A DNA stretch of 64,000 nt, taken from assembly GCA_003693705.1 (NCBI GenBank), contig RBZT01000635.1, positions 416 to 64,415 on the forward strand. Direction: 5' to 3'. The position numbers were made by a program, and so were the translations under genes. Position 1 is the first letter of the stretch; each line of letters starts with the position of its first letter. The stretch comes from Polymyxa betae A26-41. Lineage: Eukaryota > Protista > Endomyxa: Phytomyxea. Shown piece after piece: positions 62,136-64,000 of the stretch. The notes under the pieces were generated by a model. That model was not told the origin of the DNA. It saw only the letters and a list, made by a program, of their open reading frames with translations, and ran no database searches.

Positions 62136-64000
62136 CTACCAAGCAATTTTTGAAATAGGCGATATTGGATAATTTCTTACAAAATATTTCCGAACTTCAT
62201 CGACAAGGACAATGGCAGCTAAGGAGCCGAATGGAATAAACCAAAAGTTAACAGGGATGGGCGTTGTGAAGAATATCACCTGAATCCAATATCCATAAAA
62301 GATAATAATACATATAGCAACATTGCACGCAATCGAGAATAAGATAAATAAATTCTGACGTGGACCCCATAACGGATTTGAGTCGAATAATGAAACAGTT
62401 CTATTTCGAACGGCGAGCAGGACCCCAATTTGACAAATGGCCATCGTCACATAGTAAATGCACTGTCCCGTTGAGATCATAGCTAATAACTCATCAGGCG
62501 ATTTACTTTGCCATTTTGGCCCCCAGCGACCAAAAGCAAAGATCAGATCATAGAAGGTTAAGCCCTGGGTGCTCATATACAGGAACCACATTCCCATACA
62601 GCTAATCCAGACCAGAGGTCCAAGCAAAAGGGACAACTGGATGAAAAATCTCCAGTCTGTCAGTCGATCAGTTCGAGCATTCCGGGGTGGATGATCCATC
62701 AAATTCGCCTCCGGTTTCTCATACATAAGGGAGATGGACATGATCAGATCATTTGTCATGCAGAACATCACTTGTTGAAAAGCAGATAATGGTACTTGCA
62801 TGCCAAAATATGCATGTGAAGCGACAGCAACAAATTCAGCGTACACACCTATAGAAGCTCACGGATTAGACACAGCCATAGCAGAAACCGATATCTCATA
62901 CCAGCCGTCATCAAATAGAGTAAAACCTTTTTTAGATTTGCAAAAACCAGTCGACCGTTCTCGATACCAACCAATAGGGACGAGAAGGTGTTATTAAGCA
63001 AGATGATGGCAGCCGCCTCTTTGGCAATATCGGTTCCACAACCCATACTGACGCCAACATCAGCTGCTTTCAAAGCCGGGGCATCATTCATTCCATCACC
63101 AGTTACCGCTACGAAATTGTCCCCCCGATTCCTCAAATTATCCACGATGATGAGCTTCTGCTCAGGGGTCGTACGAGCAAACACCATCTCGTTGAATTTA
63201 GCGGCAATATAGTCCCAGTCATCTTGAAACAGATGGTCGATTTCAGACCCGTTAATCAAAATAGCGGTTGGTGGTGAATCCTGTGGAGGGCGAAGTTCAT
63301 ATGACAGAAGGTTGTCTGGCAGCGGATCTCTTTCTTTTAAGGCCTGCAGGTCAGCGACACGCTTAATCCGGTCGTCAGCAACAGTGATCAATCCGACGCT
63401 GCTCGCAATCGAACAGGCCGTTAGCTCGAAATCTCCCGTTATCTGATACAATGTAAAGTTAATCAATTATGGCTATCAGAACCAATCTGATAATATAAAT
63501 GCGGACCAAAAGTCACGAAACCTCAAAAGGTGCGCCCTTTACAAAAACACATCACCATGAAAACCCTGATTCCAGCGTTACGCATTTTTTGAACGGTTTC
63601 AGGAACCTCCTGCCTTGGCGGATCTCTCAAGATGAGTAGACCGATCATGATTAGATCTCGTTGAATTTCGTCCATGACAAAAATCTCCTGGGCAACTTGC
63701 TGGATCGGAATGGATTCGGGGTCCAATGGCTTTTCACATAATGCGATCACACGATGGCCTTGCCGGCTTGCATTGTCTCTTATATCGTCAATAGCCTGTC
63801 GCCTTTCCATGTCGATTTCAATCACATTCCCGTCTGACTGCATCACGTATCTCGAAGCTCTGAGCAGAACATCTGGTGCGCCTTTGATCAGCATTGCCAC
63901 TTCTCCGCTCTCCGTTTCCGTGATCTTCGCCATGAATTTGTTCTTCGCATTGAATGCAAGCGAATACAGTATTTCGTGATGGGGGATCTCAGGGAATAAC
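62136..64000 (-). CDS. P-type II cation ATPase, copy 2 (5' part outside window)
   Basis: KGAPD, DPPR, TGDGMNDAPALK, ISKIAW; collinear with copy 1 with the same intron positions. Confidence 0.93.

Noticed and set aside
1-64000. Fragmented ORFs as pseudogenes, frameshifts or an alternative genetic code
   Set aside because: Breaks in the conserved genes I traced resolve with canonical short GT-AG introns; I found no in-frame stops in those exons.

Overview
Gene-dense eukaryotic nuclear DNA, not prokaryotic. It holds about 35 protein-coding genes on both strands, with short GT-AG introns (mostly ~45-60 nt) and some intergenic gaps under 100 bp. The conserved genes I traced use the standard code. 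Axonemal genes (PACRG, CFAP221) indicate a flagellated stage; a compact-genome protist such as a plasmodiophorid/Phytomyxea is my inference, not proven. Recognisable genes: two GSDH-type surface beta-propeller paralogues, Fis1, ORMDL, MAK21, Erv2-like, C1D, CSC1/OSCA, an amino-acid transporter, DLD, AFG2, BCKDHA, XPF, TMEM220, PACRG, LARP4, ELYS, uS9m, a C2H2 zinc finger, ThrRS, CFAP221 and two tandem P-type ATPases. Top candidate novelty: a ~200-nt non-coding element at ~5445-5650 (- strand) whose hand-folded structure resembles a telomerase RNA (C-rich telomeric template, core-enclosing helix, weak pseudoknot, CR4/5-like three-way junction), ending ~20 nt upstream of the Fis1 start codon. 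Also notable: bacterial-like GSDH paralogues with different anchors, PQGL-type P-ATPases with mosaic similarity, a full-length ELYS-like nucleoporin and a second structured-RNA candidate. All gene models were spliced and all structures folded by eye.
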